A stretch of DNA of 64,000 nucleotides from Rhodobacteraceae bacterium HLUCCO07. GTDB lineage: Bacteria; Pseudomonadota; Alphaproteobacteria; Rhodobacterales; Rhodobacteraceae. The notes below the pieces were generated by a model. It was not told where the DNA came from, made no database searches, and was given only the letters and a program-made list of their open reading frames with translations. Positions 54,141 through 63,315 of this stretch are shown here, in pieces (position 1 is the first letter of the stretch; each line of letters opens with the position of its first letter). A program made the position numbers and the translations under genes. The DNA is taken from positions 6,505 through 70,504 of the forward strand of contig LJSU01000015.1 in assembly GCA_001314705.1 (NCBI GenBank), given 5' to 3'.

Positions 54141-54575
54141 ATGAGCAATATCTTCGTCGTCGGCTACGACGACAGCGACGCGGCGCGCCGGGCGCTCGAT
54201 TTCGCGGTATCCCGTGCCAAGGCACAGGACGGCGAGATCGTCGTTGCGCATGTACTGGAATGGTCACCCTATTCCTTTCTGACGCCAACCGAACTGGAAG
54301 AGCGGCACAAGCGCCGCCAGCAAGAGCTTGAGCGTGCCGAAACCGCGATCCTCGCGCCGGTGCTGGAAAAGCTGGAAAGCAGCGGCCTCAAGGCCAGGGG
54401 CGCGATGCGCTATGGCCAGATCGCCGACACCATCTGTGACATCGCACGCGAGGAAAAGGCCGAGCAGATCATCGTCGGGCGCCATGGCGAAGGCGGGCTG
54501 GCCCGGCGGGTCTTCGGGTCGGTTGCCGGCACCCTGACCCAGATCGCGCCGGTGCCCTGCACCATCGTGCCATAA
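54141..54575 (+). CDS. universal stress protein (UspA family)
   Basis: 144 aa. IFVVGYDDSDAARRALDFA...IIVGRHGEGGLARRVFGSVAGTLTQIAPVPCTIV. Confidence 0.85.
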   Translation: MSNIFVVGYDDSDAARRALDFAVSRAKAQDGEIVVAHVLEWSPYSFLTPTELEERHKRRQQELERAETAILAPVLEKLESSGLKARGAMRYGQIADTICDIAREEKAEQIIVGRHGEGGLARRVFGSVAGTLTQIAPVPCTIVP

Positions 54576-54601
54576 CCAAGTTCAACAGGGACAAAAAAAC
54601 C

Positions 54602-56146
54602 ATGATAACCAATCTCACCCGCGCCGTTTTCGGTGCCTTGGCCCTTACCGGCCTCGCCGCGCCCGCCGCGGCGCAATCCATCGACGAGACGGTCAACCGG
54701 ATCTTTGCCGATTCCACCGGCTGGTTCGTCAGTCTCATCTTCTCCAATTTTCCTGGCACGTCCTTTCCCTGGATCGTGGGTTGGCTGGTGATCGGCGCCA
54801 CGGTCTTCACGCTCTATTTCGGCTTTATTCAGTTTCGCGTGGCCCGCCATGCCATCGCCCTGGTCAAGGGCGACTATTCCGACCCCAACAATGCCGGCGA
54901 AGTGAGCCATTTCCAGGCGCTGGCGACGGCGCTTTCGGGCACGGTCGGGCTCGGCAATATCGCCGGTGTGGCAGTGGCCATCGGCATCGGCGGGCCGGGG
55001 GCCACGTTCTGGATGATCCTTGCGGGTCTGATGGGCATGGCATCGAAATTCACCGAATGCACGCTCGGTGTGAAATACCGTAACGAATATCCCGACGGGC
55101 GCGTTTCGGGCGGCCCGATGTATTACCTGACCAAGGGGTTTGCCGAACGCGGGCTGCCGGGGGGCAAGGTCCTCGCCGTGCTGTTCTCGATCTTCTGTAT
55201 CCTTGGCGCGTTCGGTGGCGGCAACATGTTCCAGGCCAACCAGGCGCATCAGCAGATCACCGGCGTCGTGGGCCAGTATCCCGGCTGGATCACCGGCATC
55301 ATCTTCGCGGGCGTTGTCTATGCGGTGATCATCGGCGGGATCAAGTCGATCGCCAAGGTCACCGAAAAGATCGTGCCGTTCATGGGCATCCTCTATGTCG
55401 GCACCGCGCTGATCATCATCGCGATGAACTATCACCTGATCGGCTGGGCGCTTGGCCAGATCTTCGCCGGGGCTTTCACCGGGCTCGGGGTCGCGGGCGG
55501 CATGGTCGGCGCGCTGATCCAGGGCTTCAAGCGGGCCGCGTTTTCCAACGAGGCCGGCGTCGGCTCGGCGGCGATCGCCCACTCGGCGGTCAAGACCAAC
55601 GAGCCGATCACCGAAGGGTTCGTGTCGCTGCTTGAGCCGTTCATCGACACGGTCGTCGTCTGCACCATGACCGCGCTGGTGATCATCATCACGCAGCAAC
55701 TGGTGACCGACCCGGATACCGGGCTCTACCTGCTCAACGAGGCGGGCACAGCCGTTCAGACCGTCGGCAACACCTCGGGCGTCGGCCTGACCTCGGCCGC
55801 CTTCGGCAGTACGATCAGCTGGTTCCCCTATGTGCTGGCGCTGGCCGTGGTGCTGTTTGCCTTCTCCACGATGATCACCTGGTCCTATTACGGCCTCAAG
55901 GCCTGGACCTTCCTCTTCGGCGAGGGCGAGACCAAGGAGCTGGTTTTCAAGGTGATCTTCTGCATCTTCGTGGTGATCGGGGCGGCGGCACAGCTTGGTC
56001 CGGTGATCGACTTCTCGGACGCGGCGATCTTTGCCATGGCGGTGGTCAACATCATCGGTCTCTATTTCCTGATGCCGATCGTCAAGCGCGAACTCGACAG
56101 CTATCTCGGCCGCCTGAAATCGGGCGAGATCAGGAAGTTCCAGTAA
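54602..56146 (+). CDS. alanine/glycine:cation symporter (AGCS family)
   Basis: 514 aa. SHFQALATALSGTVGLGNIAGVAVAIGIGGPGATFWM...FSNEAGVGSAAIAHSA. Confidence 0.9.
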   Translation: MITNLTRAVFGALALTGLAAPAAAQSIDETVNRIFADSTGWFVSLIFSNFPGTSFPWIVGWLVIGATVFTLYFGFIQFRVARHAIALVKGDYSDPNNAGEVSHFQALATALSGTVGLGNIAGVAVAIGIGGPGATFWMILAGLMGMASKFTECTLGVKYRNEYPDGRVSGGPMYYLTKGFAERGLPGGKVLAVLFSIFCILGAFGGGNMFQANQAHQQITGVVGQYPGWITGIIFAGVVYAVIIGGIKSIAKVTEKIVPFMGILYVGTALIIIAMNYHLIGWALGQIFAGAFTGLGVAGGMVGALIQGFKRAAFSNEAGVGSAAIAHSAVKTNEPITEGFVSLLEPFIDTVVVCTMTALVIIITQQLVTDPDTGLYLLNEAGTAVQTVGNTSGVGLTSAAFGSTISWFPYVLALAVVLFAFSTMITWSYYGLKAWTFLFGEGETKELVFKVIFCIFVVIGAAAQLGPVIDFSDAAIFAMAVVNIIGLYFLMPIVKRELDSYLGRLKSGEIRKFQ

Positions 56147-56179
56147 CCTGCCCGACCGGGCAGCCCGAACCGAACGAAA

Positions 56180-56206
56180 GGGGCCGGCCAGACCGGCCCC
56201 TTTCCC
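56180..56206 (+). terminator. intrinsic terminator after the symporter gene
   Basis: GGGGCCGG-CCAGA-CCGGCCCC followed by TTTCCCTTTC. Confidence 0.65.
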
Positions 56207-56250
56207 TTTCGCCTCTTTCTCAGCGCCGATTTTCGTGGCAGGTTGAGCCC

Positions 56251-57195
56251 ATGACGACGCTCACCTCACCCGACGGGACGCCGATTTCCCGTTTTGCCTT
56301 CGGCACAATGCAATTCGGCGGCGCGGCCGACGAACGCAACTCGGCCGCCATGTTCCGCGCCGCCCGGGGCGCCGGGATCACGCATTTCGATACCGCGCAT
56401 GTCTATACCAACGGCAATTCCGAAAAGATCCTCGCCCCCCTCGTCAAGATGGAGCGCGAGGGTCTCGTGATCGCGACCAAGGTGGGCTATGCCGACGGCA
56501 CCTCAGCCGCGAAACTGCGTGCCAATTTCGAGGTGTCGCTGGAACGGCTCGGGATGGAGATGGTCGATATTCTCTACCTGCACCGCCATGACGCGGAAAC
56601 CCCGCTCAAGGATCAGCTCGAGGTGCTGGCCCGGCTCAGGGAGGAGGGGAAGATCCGCTATGTCGGCCTGTCGAATTTCGCCGCATGGCAGGTGATGAAG
56701 GCCGACGCGATCCTGCGCGACATGGGCCACGGGGTCGATATCGTCCAGCCGATGTACAACCTCGTCAAGCGCCAGGCCGAGGTCGAGATCCTGCCGATGT
56801 GCGCCGCACAAGGCATCGCCTGCGCACCCTATTCACCGCTGGGCGGCGGGCTGCTGACCGGGAAATACTCCGGCGATGACGCTGACAGGATCAAGGGCCG
56901 CCTGACCGAGGACCGGCGCTATGCCGCGCGCTACGCGCCCGATTTCATGCACGCCGCCGCGCGCGGGCTCAAGGAGATCGCCGAAGAGATCGGCACCCAT
57001 CCCGCCACGCTTGCCGCCGCATGGGTGGCGCGCCACCCGGCCGCGCCCATGCCGATCCTCTCGGCCCGCTCGTCCGAGCAGCTTGCCCCCTCGCTCGCTG
57101 CCATCACGTTCGAGATGGATGACGCGCTTTATGCGCGGCTCTCGGCGCTCACGCCCGCGCCACCCCCCGCAACCGACCGGAACGAGGAAACATGA
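56251..57195 (+). CDS. aldo/keto reductase
   Basis: 314 aa. FGTMQFGG...ITHFDTAHVYTNGNSE...DILYLHRHD...IRYVGLSNFAAWQV. Confidence 0.85.
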   Translation: MTTLTSPDGTPISRFAFGTMQFGGAADERNSAAMFRAARGAGITHFDTAHVYTNGNSEKILAPLVKMEREGLVIATKVGYADGTSAAKLRANFEVSLERLGMEMVDILYLHRHDAETPLKDQLEVLARLREEGKIRYVGLSNFAAWQVMKADAILRDMGHGVDIVQPMYNLVKRQAEVEILPMCAAQGIACAPYSPLGGGLLTGKYSGDDADRIKGRLTEDRRYAARYAPDFMHAAARGLKEIAEEIGTHPATLAAAWVARHPAAPMPILSARSSEQLAPSLAAITFEMDDALYARLSALTPAPPPATDRNEET

Positions 57196-58271
57196 CCGAC
57201 ATTCTCATCATCGGCGGCGGAATTGCGGGCCTTTCCGCCGGTGCCCGCCTTGCCCCGCATATGAATGTCACCGTGATCGAGGCCGAGGAGGCGCTAGCCT
57301 ATCACGCCTCGGGCCGTTCCGCCGCCCTCTTCGAGCCGCATTACGGCCCGCCGACCACCGTGCAGCTCAGCCTTGCCAGCTCCGATTTCTACATCGGCGG
57401 CGACATGCGCTATTGCCGTCCGCGCGGCGTGCTCTTTCTCGCCCGTGCCGATGAGCGCGCGGCGTTCGAAAAGGATTGCGCGGTGATGGACCTCGAAGAG
57501 ATCACCGTCGACGAGGCCCGCGCGCTGGTGCCCATCGTCAACCCCGATATGGTCGCCTTTGCCGCCCATGCCGACCGGGCGCATGACATCGACACCGACC
57601 TGCTCATCCAGGACTGCGCCCGCGAGATCAGGACCAATGGCGGCGCGATCCACCTCAGATCACGCGTGAGCCGCATCACCCGTCACGGCGAAACCTGGCA
57701 GGTCACGACCGAAAGCGGCGAGACCCACCAGGCGCCGCTCCTGCTCAACGCCGCCGGGCCGTGGGCCGGGCAGATCGCCGAGATGGCCGGGCTCTCGCCC
57801 ATCGGCTTCACCCCCTGCCGCCGTTCGATGGCCCGCATCCCCGCCCCGGGCGGACATGACGTGTCGACCTGGCCGATGTTCTTTGGCACCGGGGAACGCT
57901 GGTATGCCAAGCCCGACGCGGGCCAGCTCATCGTCTCGCCCTCCGAGGAAGAGCCGAGCACACCGCATGACGCCTGGGCCGACGACATGGTGCTGGCCGA
58001 GGGGCTGGCGCGCTACGAGGAAATGGTGAGCGAACCCGTCACCCGCGTCACCGCGAACTGGGCCGGGCTTCGCACCTTTTCCCCCGACCGCAAGATGGTG
58101 CTGGGCCAGTCGCCCGAGCACCCCGCCTTCTTCTGGTCCGCGGGCCAGGGGGGTTACGGGTTCCAGACCGCCCCCGCGGTGAGCCAGCTTGTCGCCGACC
58201 TCGTGCTCGGGCACACACCCGCGCTCGCCCCCGATCTCGTCGCCGCGCTGTCTCCACGGCGTTTCGCGTGA
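57192..58271 (+). CDS. FAD-dependent oxidoreductase (DAO family)
   Basis: 359 aa. DILIIGGGIAGLSAGARL is the dinucleotide-binding motif. ATGA overlap with the reductase gene. Confidence 0.8.
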   Translation: MTDILIIGGGIAGLSAGARLAPHMNVTVIEAEEALAYHASGRSAALFEPHYGPPTTVQLSLASSDFYIGGDMRYCRPRGVLFLARADERAAFEKDCAVMDLEEITVDEARALVPIVNPDMVAFAAHADRAHDIDTDLLIQDCAREIRTNGGAIHLRSRVSRITRHGETWQVTTESGETHQAPLLLNAAGPWAGQIAEMAGLSPIGFTPCRRSMARIPAPGGHDVSTWPMFFGTGERWYAKPDAGQLIVSPSEEEPSTPHDAWADDMVLAEGLARYEEMVSEPVTRVTANWAGLRTFSPDRKMVLGQSPEHPAFFWSAGQGGYGFQTAPAVSQLVADLVLGHTPALAPDLVAALSPRRFA

Positions 58272-58289
58272 GGCAAGCGACGGGTTTTC

Positions 58290-58315
58290 GAGTATTTTTC
58301 CCAAGAAAGAGACAA
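58290..58315 (+). repeat. copy of the intergenic motif GAGTATTTTTSCCAAGAAAGA(GACAA)
   Basis: GAGTATTTTTCCCAAGAAAGAGACAA lies 18 nt after the preceding stop and ends 8 nt before the next ATG. Confidence 0.6.
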
Positions 58316-58323
58316 ATGCGCCC

Positions 58324-58983
58324 ATGCCTCGCCGCCTGAACCTGCCCGACAGCGCCGCCATCGCCAATGCCACCGACGGGGGCAAACTGGTGGCGCCCTC
58401 GGCCGCGCGCAATGCCGATGCGATCTGCGCCGTGATCGCCGATATTGGCCCCTCGGCGGGCCGCGCGCTCGAACTCGCAAGTGGCACAGGGCAACATGCC
58501 GTGGCGCTGGCGCAGGCATTGCCGGGGCTTGACTGGCAACCTTCCGAGATCGACGCGGCCCGCCGCGCCAGCATCGACGCCTATGTGGGCGAGGCCGGGT
58601 TGCCCAACCTCGCCCCCGCCATCGCGCTCGACGCCACCGCCCCCGGCTGGGGCGCGGCGCAGGCCGGTCAGGACCTGGTCGTCGTGGTGAACCTCTTGCA
58701 TCTCATCTCCGAACCCGAGGCGCGGGTCCTGATCACCGAGGCCGCACAGGCGCTGGCGCCCGGCGGAATGCTCGCGATCTATGGCCCCTTCCTGCGCGAC
58801 GGCGCGGCCACCTCCGAAGGCGACGCGCGGTTTCACGCCTCGCTCACCGCCCAGGATCCGGAAATCGGCTACAAGGACGACTGGGACGTGATCGACTGGC
58901 TCCAGGGCGCGTGGCTCGACATGGCGCACGTGGTCGAGATGCCCGCCAACAACCTGCTGCTGGCCGCGCGCAAGCCGGGCTGA
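58324..58983 (+). CDS. DUF938-like SAM-dependent methyltransferase-fold protein
   Basis: ORF 58189..58983. From ATG 58324: APSAARNADAI...ALELASGTGQHAVALA...VVVNLLHLISEPE...GMLAIYGPF...DARFHASL. Confidence 0.65.
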   Translation: MPRRLNLPDSAAIANATDGGKLVAPSAARNADAICAVIADIGPSAGRALELASGTGQHAVALAQALPGLDWQPSEIDAARRASIDAYVGEAGLPNLAPAIALDATAPGWGAAQAGQDLVVVVNLLHLISEPEARVLITEAAQALAPGGMLAIYGPFLRDGAATSEGDARFHASLTAQDPEIGYKDDWDVIDWLQGAWLDMAHVVEMPANNLLLAARKPG

Positions 58984-59090
58984 GCGGCCCCGCCGCCTTC
59001 CGTTACGGAAACCACGCCACTTGACACGGATCAAGGCCGCGCGACCTGCGCCATGCTCTTTGCATCTTACCAACATGCAAGGAGCAGAAT

Positions 59091-59429
59091 ATGTCCTGGA
59101 CAGACACGATCGCCGAAACCCGCAACAACCTGCGCGAACTGGGCAAGACCATTCCCGAGGCGACCAAGGGCTTTGCCGGGCTGTCGAAGGCGGTCAAGGA
59201 AAACGGGGCGCTGAGTTTCAAGGAAAAGGAATACGTGGCACTGGGCATCGCCGTGGCCACCCATTGCATGCCCTGCATCGCCTTTCACGTCGAGGCGCTG
59301 GTCAAGGCCGGCGCCACCCGTGACGAGGTGGCCGACGTTCTGGCCATGTGCATCCAGATGGCCGGGGGACCGGGGCTGATGGTCTCGGCCGAGGCACTGG
59401 CGATCTATGACGAGCTGTCCGCCGCCTGA
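59091..59429 (+). CDS. carboxymuconolactone decarboxylase / AhpD-like family protein
   Basis: 112 aa with the CxxC-type motif ATHCMPCIAFHVEA. Confidence 0.8.
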   Translation: MSWTDTIAETRNNLRELGKTIPEATKGFAGLSKAVKENGALSFKEKEYVALGIAVATHCMPCIAFHVEALVKAGATRDEVADVLAMCIQMAGGPGLMVSAEALAIYDELSAA

Positions 59430-59558
59430 CACCTGGCAGACCGCCGGGGCCGGGTTTCCGCCCATTCGCGGCACGGGCGCACAAGGGGCTTGCCAAGCCG
59501 CGCCCGATAGGCTCCCATCGGGTAGAACCCGCACAGCATGTCATCCCCGGAGGCCCGC

Positions 59559-60362
59559 ATGAGCAGACTCACCCGCCGCGGCGTCGCGCTCGGCCTGCCG
59601 ATGCTGGCGCTTGCGGGCTGCGGCACGGGCCAGCCGGTGCCGGCAACCTCCGGCACGATGCGCGCGCCCGTCCTCGACCGGCCAAGTTTCGGCGACAGCA
59701 AACCCGTGAGTTTCATCGACCCGGCCCCCGACGGTTTCGCGGTCCACGGCATCGACGTGGCCCGGTTCCAGGGCGCGGTCGATTGGCCCGCGGCGCGCGC
59801 GGCGGGGGTCGGTTTCGCCTTCATCAAGGCGACCGAGGGCGGCGACCTGCGCGACCCGATGTTCGCCGACCACTGGCGCGGCGCGGGGCGCGCCGGGGTG
59901 CCGCGCGGGGCCTATCACTTCTATTATTTCTGCACCCCGCCCGAGGTGCAGGCGCGCTGGTTCATCCGCAACGTGCCGCGCACGCGCGGGATGCTGCCCC
60001 CGGTGCTCGACATGGAATGGAACCCGTTCTCACCCACATGCATCCTGCGCCCGCCAGGGGCCGAGGTGCGCAGGCAGGCGCGGATCTTCCTCGCGGCACT
60101 GGAACGTCACTACGGCCAGCGCCCGATCGTCTATACCACGCCGGAATTCTACCGGCAGACCGACCTCGGCCGCCTGGGCGAGGAATTCTGGCTCCGCGCC
60201 ACCGCCGAGAACGTGAACCGGGTCTACCCCGGCCAGCCCTGGCGCTTCTGGCAATACACCGCCACCGGCATCGTCCCGGGGATCGAGGGCGCCACCGATC
60301 TCAACACGTTCAACGGCTCGGCGGCGGAGTGGCAGGCCTGGCTGGCATCACGGCGGGTGTGA
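59559..60362 (+). CDS. glycoside hydrolase family 25 (lysozyme-like) lipoprotein
   Basis: ORF 59538..60362. ATG 59559 follows GGAGG. Lipobox LALAGC. HGIDVARFQGAVDW...FAFIKATEG...GAYHFY...LDMEW are GH25-like blocks. Confidence 0.75.
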   Translation: MSRLTRRGVALGLPMLALAGCGTGQPVPATSGTMRAPVLDRPSFGDSKPVSFIDPAPDGFAVHGIDVARFQGAVDWPAARAAGVGFAFIKATEGGDLRDPMFADHWRGAGRAGVPRGAYHFYYFCTPPEVQARWFIRNVPRTRGMLPPVLDMEWNPFSPTCILRPPGAEVRRQARIFLAALERHYGQRPIVYTTPEFYRQTDLGRLGEEFWLRATAENVNRVYPGQPWRFWQYTATGIVPGIEGATDLNTFNGSAAEWQAWLASRRV

Positions 60363-60665
60363 GACGGGCGGTCACAGAACAGGCGAAGAAGCCCTTGCCC
60401 GGAACAGCGGCGAAGCCGCCCGGGCAGCGCCCAACCGCCCCCCGGGCGGGCGCTTTCGCAAAGCTCGACTGTCAATAGACGTTGAAAGATATGGAACGAT
60501 AAAGTGCTTGCCAAAGAACGGTGGAAGCGCCCCCCGCAGTCGGTCGCTGCCCTCATGTCAAATGGCCCGCAATGGGCTCATTTGCCTATCTAGGCGTACC
60601 GCCCCAACCGCCAAGGGCCGAGAGCTACCCCCCGGCCCTTGCAACATCTGTCAAGGCTCCGCCCC

Positions 60666-63170
60666 TCACCCATCCACGCGGATATTGGCGTTGGTCGGGT
60701 CATAGGGGCTGTCCTCGACCACCTCGGCGGGCCAGAGCTTGTCCTGCATCCTGACCATGAGCTTCTGTCCCACCTTGGCCTGCTCCGGCTTCACATAGCC
60801 CATGCCGATGCTCTTGCCGAAGGCCACCGAATAGCCCCCCGATGTGAGACGACCCACCCGGGTCTCCCCGTCATAAAGCGCCTCGCGCCCCCAGGGGTCG
60901 GCGTCGTCCGGCCCGTCGATCAGGAGCGTCACGCATTTCGAGCGGATCCCCGTCGCCTCCATCGCCGCCTTGCCGTGGAACTCTTTCGAAAGGTCCACGA
61001 AACGCGGCAAATCGGCCTCGAGCGGCGTCGCATCACGGCCCAGCTCGTTGCCGAAGGCGCGATAGCTCTTCTCCTGGCGCAGCCAGTTCTGCGCCCGCGC
61101 GCCGACGAGTTTCAGCCCATGCTTCTCACCCGCGGCCAACAGAAGATCCCAGAGGTAATTCTGCATCTCGATGGGGTGATGCAGCTCCCAGCCCAACTCG
61201 CCGGTATAGGCCACGCGGATCGCGTTGACCGGGCACATGCCCAATTCGATCGGGCGGGCCGAAAGCCACGGGAACCGCTTGTTCGACAGCACCGTGTCGG
61301 GATCGGCGTCGCGGATCACCTCTTTCAGCACGTCCCGCGTTTTCGGCCCGGCGATGGCAAAGACGCCCCATTGCGTGGTCACGTCCTGGATCTCGATATA
61401 GCCGAATTCATCGGCCTTGTCCGCCGCCGCCTTGCGCAGGTAGTCGCCGTCATACTCGGTCCAGCCGCCCGAGGACACGCAGTAATACTCATGCTCCTTC
61501 ATCCGCACGATGGTGTATTCCGTGCGCGTCGTGCCATGATCGGTGAGCGCATAGGTCAGGTTGATGCGTCCGACCTTGGGCAGCTTGTTGCAGGTGAACC
61601 AGTCGAGGAACGCGGTCGCCCCCGGCCCCTTGACCACGTGCTTGGTAAAGGCGGTGGCGTCGATGATCCCCACCCCCTCGCGGATCGCGCGGGCCTCGTC
61701 CACCGCGTATTGCCACCATCCGCCGCGGCGAAAGCTGCGCGCGTCGTGGTCGAAACTCTCGGGCGCATCGAGCGGGCCGTAATAGTTGGGCCGCTCCCAG
61801 CCGTTCACCCAGCCGAATTGCGCGCCCAGTGCCTTTTGCCGGTCATAGGCCGGGGCGGTGCGCAGCGGGCGGCAGGCCGGGCGTTCTTCATCCGGGTGGT
61901 GGAGGATATAGACGTGGTCATAGGCTTCCTCGTTCTTGCGCGCGGCGAACTCGGTGGTCATCCAGTTCGACGAGAACCGCTTGGGATCGAGGCTCGCCAT
62001 GTCGATCTCGGCCTCGACCCCGACCATGAGCTGCGCAAGGTAATGCCCGGTGCCGCCCGCCGCGGTGATGCCGAAACTGAACCCCTCGGCCAGCCACATG
62101 TTGCGCAGCCCCGGCGCGGGCCCGACAAGCGGGTTGCCGTCGGGCGTGTAGCAGATCGGCCCGTTATAGTCGTCCTTGAGCCCCACCTCTTCCGTGCTGG
62201 GAATCCGGTGGATCATGCTCATGTATTCCTCTTCGATCCGCTCGAGATCGAGCGGGAAGAGATCGGCACGGAACGTGTCGGGCACGCCATATTCGAAGCG
62301 CGCGGGGGCGCCCCGCTCATAGGGGCCGAGAATCCAGCCGCCGCGCTCTTCGCGCACATACCATTTCGCATCCGCGTCGCGCAGCACCGGATGCTGCGGG
62401 TTGCCCGCCTCGCGCCATTTGACCAGTTCGGCATCCGGCTCGGTCACGATGAACTGATGCTCGACCGGGATCGCGGGCATCTTGATCCCCAGCATCCGGG
62501 CGGTGCGCTGGGCGTGGTTGCCGCTCGCGGTCACCACGTGCTCGGCGCTCACCACCACCTGCTCCTCTCCGGGCACAAGGTTGCCTCCCCGCTCGACCAT
62601 TTTCGTCAGCGTCACGTCCCAGTGATCGCCCTTCCACTCGAACGCATCGGCCTGCCACTTGCGCTCGATGCTCACCCCGCGCTGCCGCGCGCCCTTGGCC
62701 ATCGCCATGGTCAGGTCGGCCGGGTTGATATAGCCATCGGTGGGGTGATAGATCGCACCCTTCAGATCCTCGGTGCGCACCAGTGGCCAGCGATCCCTGA
62801 TCTCGTCCGGCGTCATCCACTCATAGGGCACGCCACAGGTCTCGGCGGTCGCGGCATAGAGCATGTATTCATCCATCCGCTCCTGCGTCTGGGCCATGCG
62901 CAGGTTGCCGACGATGAAGAATCCGGGGTTGAGGCCGGTTTCCTCTTCCAGCGTCTTGTAGAACTCGACCGAATACTGGTGGATATGGGTGGTCGCATAG
63001 GACATGTTGAACAGCGGCAACAACCCCGCCGCGTGCCAGGTCGAGCCGCTGGTCAACTCGTCCCGCTCGATCAGCATCACGTCGGACCAGCCGGCCCGGG
63101 CGAGGTGATAGGCGATCGACGTGCCGACGGCTCCGCCGCCGACGACAAGGGCTTTGACTTGGGTTTTCAT
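60666..63170 (-). CDS. dimethylglycine/sarcosine dehydrogenase-like protein (FAD oxidoreductase fused to a GcvT aminomethyltransferase domain)
   Basis: ORF 60666..63236. From ATG 63170: ALVVGGGAVGTSIAYHLA is the FAD motif, and the C-terminal half carries GcvT folate-binding blocks (VAYTGELGWELH). Confidence 0.85.
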   Translation of the reverse strand: MKTQVKALVVGGGAVGTSIAYHLARAGWSDVMLIERDELTSGSTWHAAGLLPLFNMSYATTHIHQYSVEFYKTLEEETGLNPGFFIVGNLRMAQTQERMDEYMLYAATAETCGVPYEWMTPDEIRDRWPLVRTEDLKGAIYHPTDGYINPADLTMAMAKGARQRGVSIERKWQADAFEWKGDHWDVTLTKMVERGGNLVPGEEQVVVSAEHVVTASGNHAQRTARMLGIKMPAIPVEHQFIVTEPDAELVKWREAGNPQHPVLRDADAKWYVREERGGWILGPYERGAPARFEYGVPDTFRADLFPLDLERIEEEYMSMIHRIPSTEEVGLKDDYNGPICYTPDGNPLVGPAPGLRNMWLAEGFSFGITAAGGTGHYLAQLMVGVEAEIDMASLDPKRFSSNWMTTEFAARKNEEAYDHVYILHHPDEERPACRPLRTAPAYDRQKALGAQFGWVNGWERPNYYGPLDAPESFDHDARSFRRGGWWQYAVDEARAIREGVGIIDATAFTKHVVKGPGATAFLDWFTCNKLPKVGRINLTYALTDHGTTRTEYTIVRMKEHEYYCVSSGGWTEYDGDYLRKAAADKADEFGYIEIQDVTTQWGVFAIAGPKTRDVLKEVIRDADPDTVLSNKRFPWLSARPIELGMCPVNAIRVAYTGELGWELHHPIEMQNYLWDLLLAAGEKHGLKLVGARAQNWLRQEKSYRAFGNELGRDATPLEADLPRFVDLSKEFHGKAAMEATGIRSKCVTLLIDGPDDADPWGREALYDGETRVGRLTSGGYSVAFGKSIGMGYVKPEQAKVGQKLMVRMQDKLWPAEVVEDSPYDPTNANIRVDG

Positions 63171-63315
63171 GATCTTCGACTCCCCGGGAATGCATTCATC
63201 CCCCGTATGGCCGAAACCACGGCGCCCGCGCATCATTCATCCGACCGCTGATCACATAAAAACGACCTGCCCCGGTTCCCGGCGGGTCAAGTGCCCTTCG
63301 AAGCGGCGCAGCGCC

